Positions 60,600 to 64,000 of a stretch of DNA of 64,000 nucleotides are shown here, piece by piece. The position numbers and the translations under genes were made by a program. The first letter of the stretch is position 1; each line of letters starts with the position of its first letter. This stretch comes from Selaginella moellendorffii (Eukaryota > Plantae > Lycopodiophyta): NCBI RefSeq assembly GCF_000143415.4, contig NW_003314346.1, positions 488,705-552,704 on the forward strand. The letters are read 5' to 3'. The notes under the pieces are model-generated. The model saw nothing but the letters and a program-made list of their open reading frames with translations. It ran no database searches and had not been told where the DNA came from.

Positions 60600-61780
60600 C
60601 TTTTGATCTTCATTACATTCCCTTCTTTTATCATGCCATATCGTTATTGATCAAAGAATATGTCACTTAAGGCTGTTAATACTACTCCATTGAATTAAGT
60701 TTTTAGTGCTGTAGGGTGTGATCATATTAGTGTTGCATTCATCCTTGATGTATTGCCATCTCCAACTTTTGTGGGATATAATTATATAGCTTCTCTTGTT
60801 CTTAGTGTTTTGCCATCTTTTGTTAATGTGGAGTGTGTTCATGATATTAATTGAAGAGTTGTGGATAATGCAATCTAATTCTTAGAGAATGTTTGAGGAT
60901 CAAATTTATAAGAAGACAATATTTACAAGCTTGAATGGATTTTAAATTGTGATGAGAAGCTTAATTATTATGGAGATAGCTTTAAAGATAAGTTGAAATT
61001 TTTGTAAAGTAGGTGTTAATCCTTCAATCTATCATCTGATCATTTTCTTTTATCTTTAATTTTAGTAACATAGGTGTTAATGTCATTTGATTATTTTCTT
61101 TTACCTTCTATTTTGTCACAGCCTTTTGTTATTTCTCAGTCTGAGCCACCTTCTCATGTTTTTAGTTTTTTATTCCTTATTTACAGTATCTTCTTCTCTT
61201 AGCATGTCAATCATGTATAACTTTTATGATTTTTATTCTTAATCTAGTGTTGAGTTGAGTGTTTTCTGTACTCATATTAATCTAAATGTTAAGCATGTGC
61301 ATAAAGTTGAGGATCTTGCTTTTTTTTTCATTGGCAGAGTCTTTAATCAATTGTGTTATTCAGTATTTCTTTATTCCAAGGTTGACTCATTTTTGCAAAA
61401 GTTTCAAATTAAATATGTATCCTTAGTTATGAGTGTTATTGAGAGCCTTTGCTTTACTGTTGCTACTAAAGAGTTTATATATTCCCTTAAGAGTGTGGAT
61501 ATTTCTATTGATTTTCTCATCTTAAGTATTGAATTATGTGTTGAAAAGATTGAGTGTTGTGAACTTTTTACTTATATGATGGTGGTCAAAGTATTTTATG
61601 ACAGAAAGTCCTTTGTATTCTAAGTATTAAGCACATATCCTTCTTTTTATTTTCCCATTTTTGCATTGATAAGTGTCGAAAATTCCTCTTCTAATATTTA
61701 TATATCCCTTTTTATTTCTTCTACAATATTTCTTTATCAATTTTTCTTGCTTTCTCTTTTTTGTCTTGACACTTCAAACT
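60600..61780 (-). mobile_element. Highly decayed LINE-like relic
   Basis: A-rich minus strand; an LNTD.KI..KVIH-like remnant near 61210-61255; many stops. Confidence 0.35.
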
Positions 61781-62929
61781 TTTTTGCTTTGGAAAAGGGG
61801 GTGGGTAGAAGGGACAAATGGGAGTCTAGCCCTGACAAGATAGTGAAGACGAACAGATACAATAGTGAAGTAAGGTGGATTATGAAGTGAGGATAGATAT
61901 AATAAGTTTGAATAGAACATTTAACCCGAATATAGTGAAGCCAAATGAATATGATAGTGGAGTGAGGCCAAATATAAATTATAGAGTGAAGATGAAAAGA
62001 TGAATATCACAAGTTTGAGTTAATACAGGTTGTGAATGTTAACTAAAAGGAAGACACAAAGGCAAGTTCTACTTATGTTCGTAAGTCTAAGTTAACAATA
62101 ATCTCAAAGAATCGTTGGTGGGTAAATTTAAAGGCAAAATGTATTATTTGTTGCAATGATGTTTTATAACCTGTAGTGGCTCTTGAAGTCCCTTTCTTCA
62201 GTTCAAAGTTATTGATTCAAGGTTGGTTTGAGGTATAATTAACCAAAAAGAATGACTCAAGAGATAATCTATAAAATTTAAATATAAAAAGAAAAAACCC
62301 ATGAATAAAAGTGCATTCCTTTTTTTGAATCGGTTAAGGGTATTAAGATACCTATAAATTGAAAATAATTAAAGAGAATAACTTAAGAGATAATCCATAA
62401 AACAAAAGTGCATTCTCACTTTCAATTGATTAAGGGTTTTGGGATATTTGAGGTTAAGCATCCATTATAGGAGGTTACATGACAATTTGGTTACTACATA
62501 CAAAGTTGTAATTGGTTCATCAGGATTTTGTAGTTGACTAATGCTTGTAATACATATATTACCTTCTCTAGGTAATAGATTAATTAATAGTACTATAATA
62601 TATGGATCATCCATTTGGAACTAAATCTAATTCATCCATTCTCACATATAAGTAGGGGTTTAAACCCAAATTAAGGTAAGCTTGTTTGTATGCAATAATG
62701 GATAAACATAATGCACCTTGTGTGTATAGCTGGGGGAGCAAAACACACTAAGAGATTATATTCTATGGAAATGTCAAACAAACTCTCTTAATTCAAATAA
62801 ATTCTCACCTTTTATAAATAAAAAACATTTTAGACACATGTTGTCTAATTACTTTTTCAATATATAATTACATCGGGCTACTATGCAGTTTCTGGTAAAG
62901 TGGAAAATCTTCATGTTATAAACAATAAA

Positions 62930-64000
62930 GAGAAAAAGGCTTAACCTTGTCTAAGGTAGGTTACACTTCCTTTTGAAGTTCACTGTTATCACTTGTAAGC
63001 CCTTAGAGCTACAAGAGAAACTTGGAAATTGCAAACATACTTTCTAGAATCTTCCCTTCAACAAACTTTGTGATCTACAGTACCATCCACAAATGCAAAT
63101 TTTACACCAGGAGGTTATAAGAAAAGTTTGGTGTTTATGGTATTCTTGAATCAGCCTTGGTTCACATTACATAGCTGTGTTACCCACATTAGTGGGGAGC
63201 TAACATAGCTCAAATGTCTCCTTCCATTTAACAAGTCATGCAATTGGCTTTGAATGCAGACATCAAATACAAGGAGTGGGAGTTGATGAGCAAAACATGC
63301 TCTAATTGGCCTCGTCTTGGCATATGATAGGAGACTCCATATTCAACAAGCCCTCAAGAAATTGCCATCTACCATAGGGAAACAAGTGTCAATTCCATCC
63401 ACTTCACTTCCTCCCCAAGAGTGGCTGAAACTAGTGGACGACATGAAGCTGGACAAGTGTTTTGATTATAGAGCAAAGGGACATAGATAGGTTTGTAAGG
63501 CTTATACAGGTCAGAAATAAGGAGCAAGCATGAGCAGGTTGACGAGCATTTCAACAAAATGGTGAGGGAAATCTCATTCTAGTTGCTTTTGAGGATTTGG
63601 ATTTGGAGTGAGAGATTTTTGTTTCAAGATTCAAGTGCATTTGGGTAAAAGGGGCAGTCTTAGGTTGTAAAGCACATTGGTAAACTTAAGAGCTTCACAT
63701 TCCTTTGTGAATGCTCGTAGCTTTGGTTGACAACCAAGCCAGCTCCCATTAGGGATCACACATTGAATCAAGTTAGAACCAAACTCCATTGCAGTTAACT
63801 CTTCAATAATTCATCTTAGCCCATTTGCATCACATGCGCTTCTTGTTCTTAAGGATGTTCGTGGAGGATTACAGGGCTCTTAACAGGATAACTGTCAAGA
63901 ACAAGCTTCCAGTACCAAGATTGACCTCTATTTTGGTTAATATTAGATTGCCATTTAAGGCCAAGACAATGTTCAGAACTCACTAAGGTTTGTTTCATTT
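62930..64000 (-). mobile_element. Possible decayed retroelement pol relic
   Basis: Coding-like composition with only faint RT-like remnants; no intact motif. Confidence 0.2.

Overview
Eukaryotic land-plant genomic DNA. The 50-90 nt GT-AG introns, very tight gene packing and PLS-type PPR genes suggest the lycophyte Selaginella (inference, not a database match). Four zones: (1) 1-~7.96 kb, a probable DNA-transposon-like element. It carries a multi-exon gene joining a Pro-rich N-terminus, a ParB/Srx-like domain (FQIIDGNHRYGAW) and a prokaryote-type beta-class N6A/N4C DNA methyltransferase-like domain with a deviant catalytic motif (DFPD), plus a divergent ORF running off the window and a small zinc-finger ORF. 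This is the best candidate for an unusual system. (2) ~8-15.3 kb, nested decayed Ty3/Gypsy retroelements. (3) 16.7-33.4 kb, a four-fold tandem amplification of a PP7 phosphatase / CYP71-clan P450 / ankyrin-like relic unit. It yields three intact P450s, one P450 pseudogene, intact and damaged PP7 copies and inverted P450 fragments. (4) 35-56.2 kb, a dense gene block (PPR, two uL18-like genes, ARL8, Peter Pan, VTE6, PPR, coiled-coil, DUF674, FPS, SPARK-like, RDR1/2-like), followed by kinase relics, a small secreted Cys-rich gene and decayed retroelement DNA. All gene models were spliced by hand; no searches were run.
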